DNA of 64,000 bases, taken from contig NC_042998.1 of assembly GCF_006345805.1 (NCBI RefSeq), forward strand, positions 2,976,001 to 3,040,000. Reading direction: 5' to 3'. Source of the DNA: Octopus sinensis. Lineage: Eukaryota. The position numbers and the translations under genes are program-made. Shown piece after piece: positions 51,621-64,000 of this stretch (its first letter is position 1; each line of letters opens with the position of its first letter). Under the pieces are notes generated by a model, which ran no database searches, was not told the DNA's origin, and worked only from the letters and a program-made list of their open reading frames with translations.

Positions 51621-52419
51621 TGAGTAACGCAAGTTGTTTCAGATGTAACGGAATCTGATACACCTCACCCTCCCATCCCATCCCCCTCTCTCTCCCCTCC
51701 CTCTGCAATTGAAATTACTTTCACTCATTACACCTTGTCATTACCATCTTCCTACTGTTATCGTCTCTTGTCTTCACTCCTAGAATTGGCTCCCTTATTT
51801 CTCATTCCCTCAACACTCTCACCTGATCACTCTAAACCCTCCCATAGTCTTTTCTTTCTTTTCCTCCTCTCCCACCCTAGTTCATCTTCCGCAGTTACAT
51901 TCTACCCTAACCCTCTCTATTAGTTTACATGACAACATAGAATGGTGAGGACCCTATTTTGCTTTTCAGATAAAAAAGCAACTTCACTTTAGCTGGTGCA
52001 ATGAATCTGCGAACTAATGGTATCAAAATTAGCATTTGATGACTAATCTATCGAATTGCTTCGAACAAGAGAACTGGTGCTGGCAGGATGGTCAACACTC
52101 AAATGGTTTACACTGAATTATTGATTAGTTTTGTTTTGTTTTTGTTTTGCCCCAGGTTCCAGTTTGACTGTTCAGTTTCTATGGCTGGATGCCCTTCTTG
52201 ATGCCAACCACTATACAGCATGCGCTGGGTGATGTTAACATGGCACTGGTACAAGTGCTTTTACACAGTGCCAGCACACGTGCTTTTTATGTGGCACCAG
52301 CACTTGGCTCTTGCAGGCCAATCCTCTACATCAGGGGGATCACTGGCACAGGGCCTGCAAGAGCTCTGTACCAGTACTACATAAAAAGCACTCGTGCCAG
52401 TACCACTGAAAGGTACTCC

Positions 52420-52459
<40 letters not shown>

Positions 52460-52591
52460 AGATAATGGTGTCATTGAGACCCAAAGGTGTCAAGTAATGC
52501 TGAATAACTGCTATAGACAGACCATAGTTAAGTTCCAGATTTGGTAATATTGTGAATAAAGGGTTCAACGTTGGTTCTATGTCAGCGTGTG

Positions 52592-52810
52592 TATATAAGA
52601 ATTTTTTGCATAATAAGATAAAAAAACCAAGGCTGTATATATATTAGAGCATTTATAGATAGATAGGTCTTACAGCTGTCTCTAGGATATTATTTGTCTC
52701 CGATGAAAGGATATTATTAATTAATATCCTAGAAACAGCTGTAAGACCTACTATCTATAAATGCTCTAATATCTACACAGCCTTGGTTTTTTTATCTTAT
52801 TACACAAAAA

Positions 52811-52820
<10 letters not shown>
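52592..52820. mobile_element. Fold-back element with ~100-bp inverted arms and a hammerhead-like centre; probably Penelope-like terminal repeat
   Basis: The left arm (about 52592-52692) is the near-perfect reverse complement of 52722-52820. The arm boundary is inside hammerhead stem II. Flanked by TA-rich tracts. Confidence 0.55.
52696..52747 (+). ncRNA. Type I minimal hammerhead-ribozyme-like motif (U4 replaced by C)
   Basis: Stem I GTCT(52696-99)/AGAC(52744-47). Core CCGATGA (52700-06). Stem II AGGATATTA/TAATATCCT. GAAA at 52732-35. Palindromic stem-loop III C-AGCT-G. Cleavage triplet GTA at 52741-43. Confidence 0.55.
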
Positions 52821-52847
<27 letters not shown>

Positions 52848-54309
52848 CATCTTATCATCCAATTTTCCATGTTCAAGTGGGTCGGTTTGAATTCACTGAA
52901 GCAAATTTTCTATGGCCAAATGCCCTTCTTGTCACATGCATCTATTTCCAAACAAGGTAATATTTTCACAAAAGACTGGAAAAGAAGGACAACTCCTATA
53001 ACAGTGAGGCTGATGTCCTGCTATCACACAATGTCAATACAAGGCAAAGCAAACCCTAAGCCTAGACACACAAATGCACACACACACGTGTATGTGTGTA
53101 TGTGTGTGTGTGCGTGTGTGTGTCCATGTGTCCGTGTCCCCTATAGTGTTGAATGACAGAAAGCTATCTTCAAGTGTACATCCAGGTAAAGTTTGTTTTA
53201 GTCAAAAGAAGACAGATCAAGAATCAAAGACCTAATGTTGTTTCTACTGAAAGCTTAATATTTACCTTTTACTAGGCAAAGTGCTGAGCTATATATAATA
53301 CAAGTGTTGAATCTGCAAACTAATGGTATCAAAATTAGCATTTGATGACTAATCTATCAAATTGCTTCAAACAAAAGGATTGGTGCTGGCAGGATGGTCA
53401 ACACTCAAATGGTTTACACTGAATTATTGATTAGTTTTGTTTTGTTTTTTTGCTTTTTTGTTGTTTTTTTTAACATTAGTTTGAACCAGGATATGAAACT
53501 TAGCTTTTTGAACAGAGATTATATAGATATCAGTTTATAAAGTGGATCCAAAAATATGATACACGTCAGGAAATGAGATATTTAAATAGAGCTCTTCTTT
53601 TTTTTTTCCTCCATATTCCAATGGTCCTTCTATGTCCACTAAATTAAGGAAACTTATTTACTGGAGAACACAAACAAGACATTTCTTGCTCCCATATATA
53701 TATATAATTATTGTAATTATCAATTTAGTAAATAAATAAATAAGTTAACATAATATAATGTGTAAAAGCTGATGACCCACCTATTGATCCCCTCCATTTT
53801 CTTATTGCTATATATATATATCATCATCATCGTTTAATGTCCGTTTTCCGCGCTAGCACGGGTTGGACGGTTTCGACCGGGGTCTGGGGAGCCAGGGGCT
53901 GCCCCAGGCTCCAGTCTGGTCTGGCAGTGTTTCTACAGCTGGATGCCCTTCCTAACGCCAACCACTCCGCGAGTGTAGTGGGTGCTTTTTACGTGCCACC
54001 TGCACAGGTGCCAGAGGGGTCTGGCATCGGCCACGGTCAGTTGGTGCTTTTTATGTGCCACCTGCACAGAAGCCAGTCGGGGCGGTGCTGGCATATATAT
54101 ATATATATATATATGCAGAATCAATATGCACATAATATTCTGAATATACATAGAATTTATATAACACAAATATAATAAAAAATTTGGCAGAGGGTGATGA
54201 CAAAGGAACATATGGAAGAACAAGAGAACACACATAATGCGGACATGGTGAATCCTTCATCAGTTATTGACCAAATATCACCAGAATTTCAACACTATCG
54301 ATAAAATTT

Positions 54310-54358
<49 letters not shown>

Positions 54359-55591
54359 GAAAGTGGAACGACAACAGAATAAACATTTACGTTAATGAAG
54401 TTCATAGCATGGCTGAGTATTCCTTTTTCATCCCTATTTCTTATTACCATTCTACACTCAACTGACGCTTCATTCTGAAGCATTACTCTTTTTTTTGGCT
54501 CTTTTACTCTTCATTTGTTTCAGTCATTTGACTGCGGTCATGCTGTAGCACCACCTTCAGCCGAACAAATCGACCCCAGGACTTATTCTTTGGAAGCCTA
54601 GTACTTATTCTATCAGTCTTTTCTGTCGAACTGCTAAGTTACGGGGACGTAAACACACCAACACACCAGCATCGGTTGTCAAGCGATGGTGGTGGGACAA
54701 ACATAGGCACACAAACATATAAATATACGATGGGCTTCTTTCAGTTTCCGTCTACAAAATCCACTCACAAGGCTTTGGTCGGCCCGTGGTTATAGAAGAA
54801 GACACTTACCCAAGGTGCCATGCTGAGGGACTGAACCCGGAACCATATACATATATGCTTACACACACACACACACAACCACACACATGGCTGTGTACTT
54901 AAGAAGTTAACTTCTCAACCACATGATTTCAGGTTCAGTTTTACTGCATGACACCTAAGGCAAGTACTGTCTTCTATAGCCCCAGGCCAACTAAAGACTT
55001 GTCAGTGGTTTGGTATACAAAAGCTATAAGCCCCCTCACACACACACACACACACACAAACAAACACACACACACACACACACACCACACACACACACAT
55101 ATGCCAGCCATCTACATCAAGATTTGATATTAAGTAATGCTTAATCTATGTTATCTTTCATCACATTTGCAACATCTTGCTGCAGACTTACTTTTTAACA
55201 TTTCATCCAAATAACCAACCTACTGACATTTCTTCCTCACTTACATGAAATCCTCATCAAAATATTGATTCATTTTGACAAAAATAAGGCCAACTTTCAT
55301 AGAAAACCAAGAATAAACTTTTTAATGAACTCTAGTAAATTACTGTTCCTTATTCTTTTAATTCCAGAGAGATGTAAAGTTAAAGGATTTTAACTCACAA
55401 ATACTGAGTTATAGAAAAATCAAATCATGTAGCAACACCAAATGGCGGTGCCCCAGCATGGCCACAGCTCGTAAGCTGAAACTAGATGAAATAAAATAAA
55501 TGAAATAAAATAAATTTAGGCCAATGGTTTACTATACCAGTCATCTCTATAATCTTCTTTTCCCAACAAATATTAACCTTCAGCCATTTAA

Positions 55592-55802
55592 CCCTTCGGC
55601 ATTCAGACTTCTTTGTCAAATGTGATGATTGTTTATTTACATTGTTTTGAACTAATCTTGTTTTATTATCTCAAAGCTTCCAGATTTTTATAATGTGATT
55701 ATTGTTTATTTTTAGAATGACAATGCAAGGTAGATGTTTGGAAAAAAAATAATAACAGGTAGAATATTTGGGTTGGATAGGACCAGTTTAAATGCCAAAG
55801 GG
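55592..55802. mobile_element. piggyBac-like MITE, family B (inverted orientation)
   Basis: TTAA-cccttcggcattc ... aatgccaaaggg-TTAA. Confidence 0.65.
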
Positions 55803-56479
55803 TTAAGCTTATCAACCAACCAGCTATTTGCAGCTTATAGTTCAAGACATAGATTAACTTTGAGTAATAACAGTGACAGTAGACTTCCTAGAACAAAGAT
55901 AAAAGAGACAATAACGAACATAAAATAACTCAATTCTTCAGTATTATTGGCAAACAGACTGCAGACTCCATTCAACTATCAAAATAAAAGACACTGCTGC
56001 CAAGGAATGTTTATCAATGCCTTTAATGGAACAATTTCAGAGAGTTTCTAAACCGTTTGATATTTGAGGAATTCTCGGTTTTAATAGACCCAATGCTATA
56101 TAAAATTGTTGAAATAAAACAACAATCAGTACTAAATCAGTAAAGAACTAAGAATATTTATTTAGAAATAAAGGGCTATGATTTTCCAAGCATGCAATAT
56201 GAGTATAAAGGAAAGGCTGGCTCTATACAGGAAAGAAACAAAGGTATTAGAACTGTTGGCTATAAAGAAATGGAGAGAGACAGGAGGAAAGATAAGAGGA
56301 GCAAACACAACGTTAGCAAAACGACACTTGATTAAACAAGGGTCAAGTTTCAACAAAGGACAGAACCAATAAAGTCAGAAATAAAAGAAGCTGAATTGGA
56401 GTTAAGAGTTAAAAATAAAATGTTCTGTGAGGCTTCCTAACGAATCAATCACTGTGTTGTAAATAACAATAATAATGAC

Positions 56480-56962
56480 TACAGCATGACCTTCGAACGT
56501 TGGGCCTCACAGAGGCAATGACGAAAGACCGAGACCTCTGGAGGTATGCTGTGACTGCGAAGACCCAACAAATGAAGTGAGTTTCGCATAACCAGCCCCA
56601 GCCCATTCAAAAGTACCTTGGACCGTAGGATGACCTGCTGTGCTTACCTTGGATTGTAGGGTGACCAACATCAACATCCAAAAATCAAATTGTTGTTGTG
56701 ATACCCATGCTGGTGGCACGTAAAAAGCACCAACCAATTGTGACCGTTGCCAGCCTCCTCTGGCCTCTGTGCCGGTGGCATGTAAAAAGCACCCACTACA
56801 CTCACAGATTGGTTGGCGTTAGGAAGGGCATCCAGCTGTAGAAACACTGCCAGATCAGACTGGGGCCTGGTGCAGCCTCCTGGTTTCCCAGACCCAAGTC
56901 GAACCATCCAACCCATGCTAGCATGGAAACCGGACGTTAAACAATGATGCTGATGATGATGA
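56480..56962 (+). mobile_element. RTE 3' end: last codons, 3' UTR and (GAT)n tail
   Basis: LTEAMTKDRDLWRYAV-like terminus, then the ggtggcacgtaaaaagcacc motif, aggaagggcatccagctgtagaaa and the tail. Confidence 0.7.
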
Positions 56963-57658
56963 CTAAAAGCAAGAGATGTTTCCTTTCTTTTAATAAAAAT
57001 GTGAAAAATAGGCTTTTCAGTTATACATTTCTTCTAAACCACAAGAACATAATCCCAGGATTCGGGTAAAAATCAAAATTAGCATATAGAATATTGTTTT
57101 CATAATTTCACTTAGCAGTTTTTATACCAACCCACCTGAGATCTTCAGTTTTATGATACAAAATTGATACTTTTAAAGAGCAGTGGTGAAGGTGGTATAC
57201 CTATGAAGGTGGGGTTCTCCAAATGATAAAAAAGGAGGAACACTGACAAAAAAATAAACTGACACACAGTAAAGGAGACCCTTTTGCCCTGCTATAAAGT
57301 GCAAGTAACTAGATAAAATATATTCAATCCAAGACACAGATTAGTTCATGATGAGAAGATCGTTCAGATGGGAGAAACATTACCAAAAAACAAGAATTAC
57401 ACACAACAACAAAACTGTACAGTTCTCTTTGCTGCTCAGTGACCCTTATGAAGGGGCAACCAATGAATGATAAGATGCTATGAGTCCCACCCAACCATGT
57501 CAGAGGGGGAAAAAAAAGGCTGCATATAGCCACAGCCTAAGGTATCTTGCAAATGTATTCAAGAAGTACCTGGATAACATACTCGCTGCAGTTTCAGATG
57601 AACCAACGTCACAAGAAATGCAATTGTTGGATGAAACTCCTTTATTTACCAAAAGTAC

Positions 57659-57894
57659 AAGGCGGCGAGATGGCAGAATCGTTAGCATGCCGGGCAAAAT
57701 GCTTGGCGGTATTTCGTCTGCTGTTACGTTCTGAGTTCAAATTCTGCCGAGGTCGACTTTGCCTTTCATCCCTTCGGGGTCGATAAATTAAGTACCAGTT
57801 ACGCACTGGGGTCGATCTAATCGACTTAATCCCTTTGTCTGTCCTTGTTTGTCCCCTCTGTGTTTAGCCCCTTGTGGGCAATAAAGAAGTAAGA
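57659..57894 (+). mobile_element. tRNA-derived SINE with Deu/Nin-like central domain, family S2 (young full-length copy)
   Basis: A box tggcagaatcgttag, B box gagttcaaat, domain gccgaggtcgactttgcctttcatcccttcggggtcgataaattaagtaccag. 8-bp TSD aaaagtac. Confidence 0.8.
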
Positions 57895-58645
57895 AAAAGT
57901 ACTATAGAAGCAGAGCCAATTGCACAGGCAGTGCTATAGCATGGCCACAACCCTAACACTGGAACTAATAAAAGAATGAATGACAATATATTTGCAAATA
58001 CACACAATTTTAAAAACTATTCTTATATCCTTTTCCCGTGCTCAGGTATAGATAATACATGCATAAGACATACAGACAGATACCATTTTCCATCTTATTC
58101 CCGTCAGGTGAGTAAATCTGAATCAATATTCCTTTAATGTGTGTGTGCGTGTGTGTTGTTGCTGTTGTTGTTGTGTAGCAAAATAATGAATGACACTCCA
58201 AGAGCCATCCTAACAGTGAACTGGCTGACAGCTTCAAGCACTTGGACTCTATTAGCTGTGCACAACTTCTATTCAACGCTATAAAAGAATCATCCTCGTT
58301 CAGCACTAACAAAAGCAGCTAAAAGGCTGCATTTTTGTTGTTTTTTTTTTGTTCCTTTTTTTTTTTTTTTTTTTTTGAGGCCAGTTTGCAGTTCTGAACA
58401 AAAAAAATATTATCAGTTACATGTTGCCTATGTGCAAATCACATTATATAATATTATCGTCATCATCATCGTCATCACCACTTTAATATTTACTTTTCCA
58501 TGCTGGCATGGGTCAGACAAACTTCATTGAGGCAGATTTTCTACAGCTGGATGTCCTTCCTGTCACCAACCTTCACATGCTTCAAAGCAAGATAAGATTT
58601 TCCCCAACAGCCAGGCGTGTTTTCATGGAAAATTGGAAACAATGA

Positions 58646-58678
<33 letters not shown>

Positions 58679-58796
58679 GATAGATAGATAGATATATAGA
58701 CATACACCCATACATATAGATATATATTTATACACATATACATAGACAGATGTTTATGTATATATATATGCATAAATGTCTATACACAAACACATA

Positions 58797-58842
<46 letters not shown>

Positions 58843-59535
58843 CACCACACATTTATATATATCTATACACAGACAGATATGTTTGTTTGTTTGTGTGTGT
58901 GTGTGTAGACAGATATACACACACATATACACAGATTACACACACACATATACATATACAAAATGATAAAAATCTGATGGTAGCATACATGCATGCATGT
59001 AAACATACATATATACATACATGTTCATTCGTTCAAAGTGCGTTTTTCTGTGCGGACAAAGGTCTGGATGAAGATCTATTTCAGACAGGACTTTACAGCC
59101 TGAGGCTTTCCCCATCGCTGACCTTTACCTGTCTTTCAAATGAAGGGAGATCTTTATCTCACAAAGCTTTGAAACCACAGAACAACTGATCATAATATCA
59201 ACAAGGAATGTCAACAACAGCATCACTTCACTCTGGCAGTGATAAGCATATAATATAGAAACACTAGCTGACCTCCTGCCATCAATAATGACAGCTAATT
59301 GTAGCATTTTATATATAAATAAGGTACAAAAGAAGGTACATAATAATCACACATAAAAGCATTTACATACTTCCCTTGTACACATAGAGTTGAAACACTG
59401 ATCTTTTTTTAACCCCTTCCTTTCTCTCATTGCTATTACTTTCTCTCACTCCCTTTCACTTAAGGCTATTACTCTCACTACTTCTCCTTCACTGAATTAC
59501 TATTTCCTGTCCTCCTCCACATCCGGCATGATTCT

Positions 59536-59568
<33 letters not shown>

Positions 59569-60061
59569 CATCATCATTTAACATCCGGTTTCCAAGCTGG
59601 AATGGGTTGGATGGTTTGATAGGATCCAGTGAATAACAAGGCTACACTGAGCTCCTATGTACATATATAATAAACAAGCATGCTTATAAACATACATATA
59701 TATACAAACACAAACAACCACACACACAACAATTTTTTTCGTGTTTGCACAAATCCTCTTGCAAGGCTTTGATCAATCTGGGGCTATCATGAAAGATACT
59801 TGACCAGAGTGCCAGACATTGGCACTAAACACAAAACCACATGATTGGGAAACCTGCAACTATACATAGATACTTTTTTGCCTAGGCATGTTAGAAAAAA
59901 ATGCAAAGAGTAACAAAGCTGTTGTAAAGGCAATAAAGTGACTGGCCTATTCAGAACTTGCAACCAATAATGTTATATTGTTCATAAAAATGCAACAGAA
60001 AATAACAAAAAAATAAGCTATGTCAGATATGTAGGCATTAAACTCCTATGAGGGACATTAA

Positions 60062-60283
60062 CCTTTTAGCTTTCAAACTGGTCTTATCTGGCCCATATAT
60101 TCTACCCATCTTATGTTCAAAGCAGCCTCATTTGAACTCTAACACCTACCCCTACAATGTCATCCTAAAAATGAACAATCACATAATTGAAACCTCGAAG
60201 CAACAAGATAATGTATGATTAATTTATGACAAAGTAAGCCAGTAAACATTATAACTTGACAGAGTAATTGGAATGCTGTAGGG
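60062..60283. mobile_element. piggyBac-like MITE, family B
   Basis: TTAA at 60058-61 and 60284-87. The body is homologous to the other family B copies. Confidence 0.6.
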
Positions 60284-60510
60284 TTAAAAGAGAAAGGAAC
60301 TGTAAAAGCAGTCAATGAATCAAAGTAGTTTTGGAGGCCGCAAAAGAAAACTATATCAAAAGCTACTAGCTTAAAATTTAGTAGATAAATCAAATCGAGA
60401 TGGTTGTTGTTTAGCCCCCAGTTCTGATCAAGCAAACCTATGATCAAAGGCATTCCAGTCATGACCACATCACTTTGTGTATCAAAGACGACTGCTACTA
60501 CTACTACTAC

Positions 60511-60544
<34 letters not shown>

Positions 60545-63500
60545 TTTTTCTACTATGGGCACAAGGCCTGAAAATTTGGGGGAGGGGGCTGGTCAATTAC
60601 ATTGATGATAATACTACACTGGTACTTAATTGACCCCAAAAGGATGAAAGGCAAAATCGACCTCAGTGGAATTTGAACTCAGAATGTAAAGATGGACAAA
60701 ATGCCACTAAGCATTTTGCTTGGCATGCTAACAATTCTGCCAGTACTTTTAAACAGTACAATGTGATTTGAGAGACCTATGGCTGCCATTTCTATCAGAT
60801 TGAGTAACGGCTTAGATGCTCTCTAGAAGTAAATTAGCTTTGTAGATTAGAACATCTAGCTAATACTTTCAGGACCCAGTCTTCATAACTTACTGCCTGA
60901 ATTAACCAAGATAGACAGACAAGTATCCAGGCTCCATTGAAAATTGACTGATAGGGAAACAAACAAGCAAGGAGAAATTTCATAGCTATCATCTTCATGC
61001 TATGTGGACTATAATTAAGCACTGGTCATTTTTAGATTATCCCTTAAATACGGTCATATTAGCATGCAAATGCATACATAGACATGTGAAAAAGAAAAAC
61101 AAGTATTCCCAGAAAGAAATACAAAAATACATATCAGACTTTGACAGCTATAATAGCAGAGCAAAATATATTCCAATACTAAAATGTATTTTGCTTTTAT
61201 TTGTTAACATTTTGGTTAATACAGCAATTCTTTCTTCTGAATTTGTAAAAGAAAAGGATGGATTTTTCTTTCATTTTCTCAAATATTACAGATCTACTAA
61301 CCCAGTCTTTCTCACAAAACAAAATTCATTTCACTTTGGGGAATTGACATACAAAACAAATGGCTACCAAAAAGTACAAGCATATTAAATTTCATTTTCA
61401 TATTTGGTTTATAATGACTCAGTAAAATTTATAATAACATTAACAGTCATTGCCAAGCTAATACGGCAGTCCATAAATGTAGGACGAAAGCTGCCGTTAT
61501 GGACTGGCGATAACTGTTAATATCCAGTACCGCTGCCATAGTCTCCTTTAGAGAGACTTATAAATAATAATATTTCTATTTATATAATACCATTCTTAAT
61601 AACCACCCAAACTTTATACTTGTCTTTTTTTTCTTTTTTGTCATAAGTATTTGCTATAGTGAAACTCCATTTATGACACTGCAGTACTCATCTCAATATA
61701 CTGCCTATATACTTTCATTATATGTACTCCTATTGCGTTACTCTATCTCATAAGAATCATCATATGCAGTCTTTCTTACTCTTCTGAAGTTACTCCTTCA
61801 AAAGTAAATATTAGTCAAACTGCTAACCTCATATTCTATGCTCTGATTAAAAGTCCAGTTCATGCCAGCATAGAAGATGGTCATTAAATGATGATGATAA
61901 AGAATTTGAGCAACACAGAAAAGCCTAGGCAATAAGCCTTGGCAGTTGTTTACTATTCTCCAATTCAGAAACAAATAGTCCTTAGTTAAAAACCCTTTGG
62001 ATACAAAAAGTCAAAAGCTGCCAGTAGGACATGAACCAACATCTTCATACATGACAAGCATTCTATTATTGGAGCAAAGCAATTCTTTGAATTCCTCTAT
62101 TCACTTTAGAAACTTTATTATTACCAGTGAAAACCGAATATTGTAGACAGGGTAAGAATTTCCTGCAGGCAGCCAATGACTTTTTCTATACAAAAGAGAT
62201 TTTAGCCCAATATTTACGCAGTATTATTTGCAGTTTTATCTGCTTTGAGATTCACTGTTCCAAAAACGAACTATCTTAATTTTTCCTTAGTTTCATAATC
62301 AGACCCAATCTACATAACTCCCTAGTATTCAACACTAATTGTTAATTTTAATTTTCAGATGTACATTAATTTTTGAGTATGTAAGAAAAATTTGTTTTTG
62401 AAGTATACAAAAATGAAATGATAAAGTTTTCCTTTGAGGTTACTTGTCTCAAAAACGTTTTAGATTTTTGACAGTAGAAACAGTTATTATGCAACAGTGA
62501 AATGGAGTAAGCAATGGTGAATGTTTTGAAAAGCTAAAATCAAACTGAGTTTCAGTATATTTGTGATAAAGGAATTAAAGGATTTATTAAAAACCTGAAT
62601 TAAATTTTCAAAGAATAGTAATTGTGACAATTTCAAAAGTTAAAAGTTTTGAAAACATAGGTATGGGTGAGTGGTAAAAAGTTTTTCATGGGTTCAATCT
62701 CACTGTGTGTACCATGTGCAAGTGTCTTTTACTGTAACCTCAAGCTGACCAAAGTCTTGAGAGTGGATTTGGTAGAGGGAAATTGAAAGAAGCCCATCAT
62801 ATATATGGATACATATATCTATGTCTGTATTTGTCTTTGTACCTATGTTTGTCCCACACCACTGCTTGACAACCAGTGCTGGTGTGTTTACGTCCCTGTA
62901 ACTTAGTAGTTCAGCAAAAGAGACTGCTAGAATAAGTTCCAGGCTTTAAAAAAAATAAGTGCTGGGGTTGATTTGTTTGACTAAAATTCTTCAAAGCAGT
63001 ACCCCAGCAGGACTGCAGTCTACTGACTGTGACAAATACAAGATAAATCATTATATCCATGCATTCTGTGATGAGCTTTATTTAGCACTTACATCTGACA
63101 TGAACCCTTGGGCTCATAAGGTTGGAGCTTAAATTAGTTTCCCTGGAGTAGATTACTGAAGGTACAACACTCCCTCCCAATGAACCAGACACCAGTCCAC
63201 CACAAGGTTAACCTCCCAGTTATTGCTGAAACCAATTTACAGCTGAGTGAACTCCAATAATGTGAAATGAAGTGTTTTGCTCAAGAACACAAAGCCCCAC
63301 CATCCAGTCTGAGAATCAAAAACCTTAAAACCATGAGAACAACATTCTAACCAGGAGACCATGCACCTTCACAAAGCCTTAAGAAGACAATAAAATAAGG
63401 ACAATATAAAAAGACTTACATGCATCAAAATCTGATATATCTGACAGTATTTTGGTAAATTTTATAAACGCTGCAGTAGGAATCTTTTCAAAACCAACCA

Positions 63501-64000
63501 ACTCAATCAAAACATCAAGTTTGCTAAACCCATACATGGGACTTTACACAGACTAAAAGGAGGAAATAAACTGATCATACGGAGAGGAAAAGTAATATTT
63601 TTTAAAAAAACTATTATATACCTGTTTTGTCTTTACCATTTGCATTACCCATCCTGGTTTGTAAAAATCCTTTCAATGGAAACAAACCGCTATATCCAGA
63701 GTAGATTTGTTCAAAGCGTTGAACCAGAGCAAAGTGTAGCAAGCATAACTCAAACGGTTGAAAAACATATTAAAAAGACAAACATTCTACTGCACACTGT
63801 TATAACACTAGAGTGAGCAGTTGTTAAATACAACCAACAGTAAATAGGTTTCTTCCATTGATTCAAATATAGTTTCCTGTTGAAGACTGCTGCTTGGTTA
63901 TTATTTTTTTTTCAGTGGAATGCATTGAATATTGAGATGTAGCAACAGGGATGAGATACAGCTTCACGAGAACAGTGTTATTATCAATAAATGGATCACT

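Larger units (their letters stand above)
52002..53450 (+). repeat. Pair of ~140-bp direct repeats (52002-52144 and 53308-53450)
   Basis: tgaatctgc(g/a)aactaatggtatc...gattagttttgttttgttttt, with only a handful of substitutions. No other copy seen in the window. Confidence 0.85.

Noticed and set aside
56160-56372. Possible Penelope GIY-YIG remnant (KERLALYRKETKVLELLAIKK)
   Set aside because: Only a vague compositional resemblance; no GIY or YIG motif is visible.
57480-57660. ORF segment FKKYLDNILAAVSDEP as a host gene
   Set aside because: It resembles a CR1-type C-terminal remnant, and the ORF runs into an S2 SINE.
59125-59290. Minus-strand exon-like segment (AVIIDGRRSAS...LHLKD) with CAG|gtaaag donor
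   Set aside because: The acceptor is weak, there is no recognisable homology and no partner exon, so it cannot be told from chance.
61002-61388. 128-aa ORF
   Set aside because: AT-rich low-information peptide with no recognisable motif or flanking splice support.
63420-63760. Apparent minus-strand exons (MGNANGKDKT; MYGFSKLDVLIELVGFEKIP...) around a 68-nt intron
   Set aside because: No reading frame stays open across the junction. The segment caaacttgatgttttgattga recurs at about 30047-30067, which points to a decayed repeat.

Overview
AT-rich eukaryotic genomic DNA, dense in microsatellites and interspersed repeats. The repeat families suggest an octopus (coleoid cephalopod) genome; this is an inference and no search was run. 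I found no intact protein-coding gene. The ORF track is dominated by dinucleotide-repeat translations, SINE read-throughs and LINE remnants. The window holds three tRNA-derived SINE families, two (GAT)n-tailed families (one demonstrably an RTE 3' end), decayed RTE, RTE-X-like and CR1 fragments, TTAA piggyBac-like MITEs, hAT MITEs and three non-autonomous Helitrons, with several resolvable nested insertions. The first highlight is a set of type I minimal hammerhead-ribozyme-like motifs in short (TA)n-embedded, Penelope-like elements. The best one, at 52696-52747, lies at the centre of a ~100-bp fold-back, but no copy has a fully canonical core. The second is a spliceable minus-strand two-exon ORF (14218-14089 + 11258-11197) resembling a broken CAMK-group kinase N-lobe. 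There are also several long hairpins and closely spaced inverted SINE pairs. Repeat boundaries were read by eye and are approximate unless a TSD or TIR is quoted.
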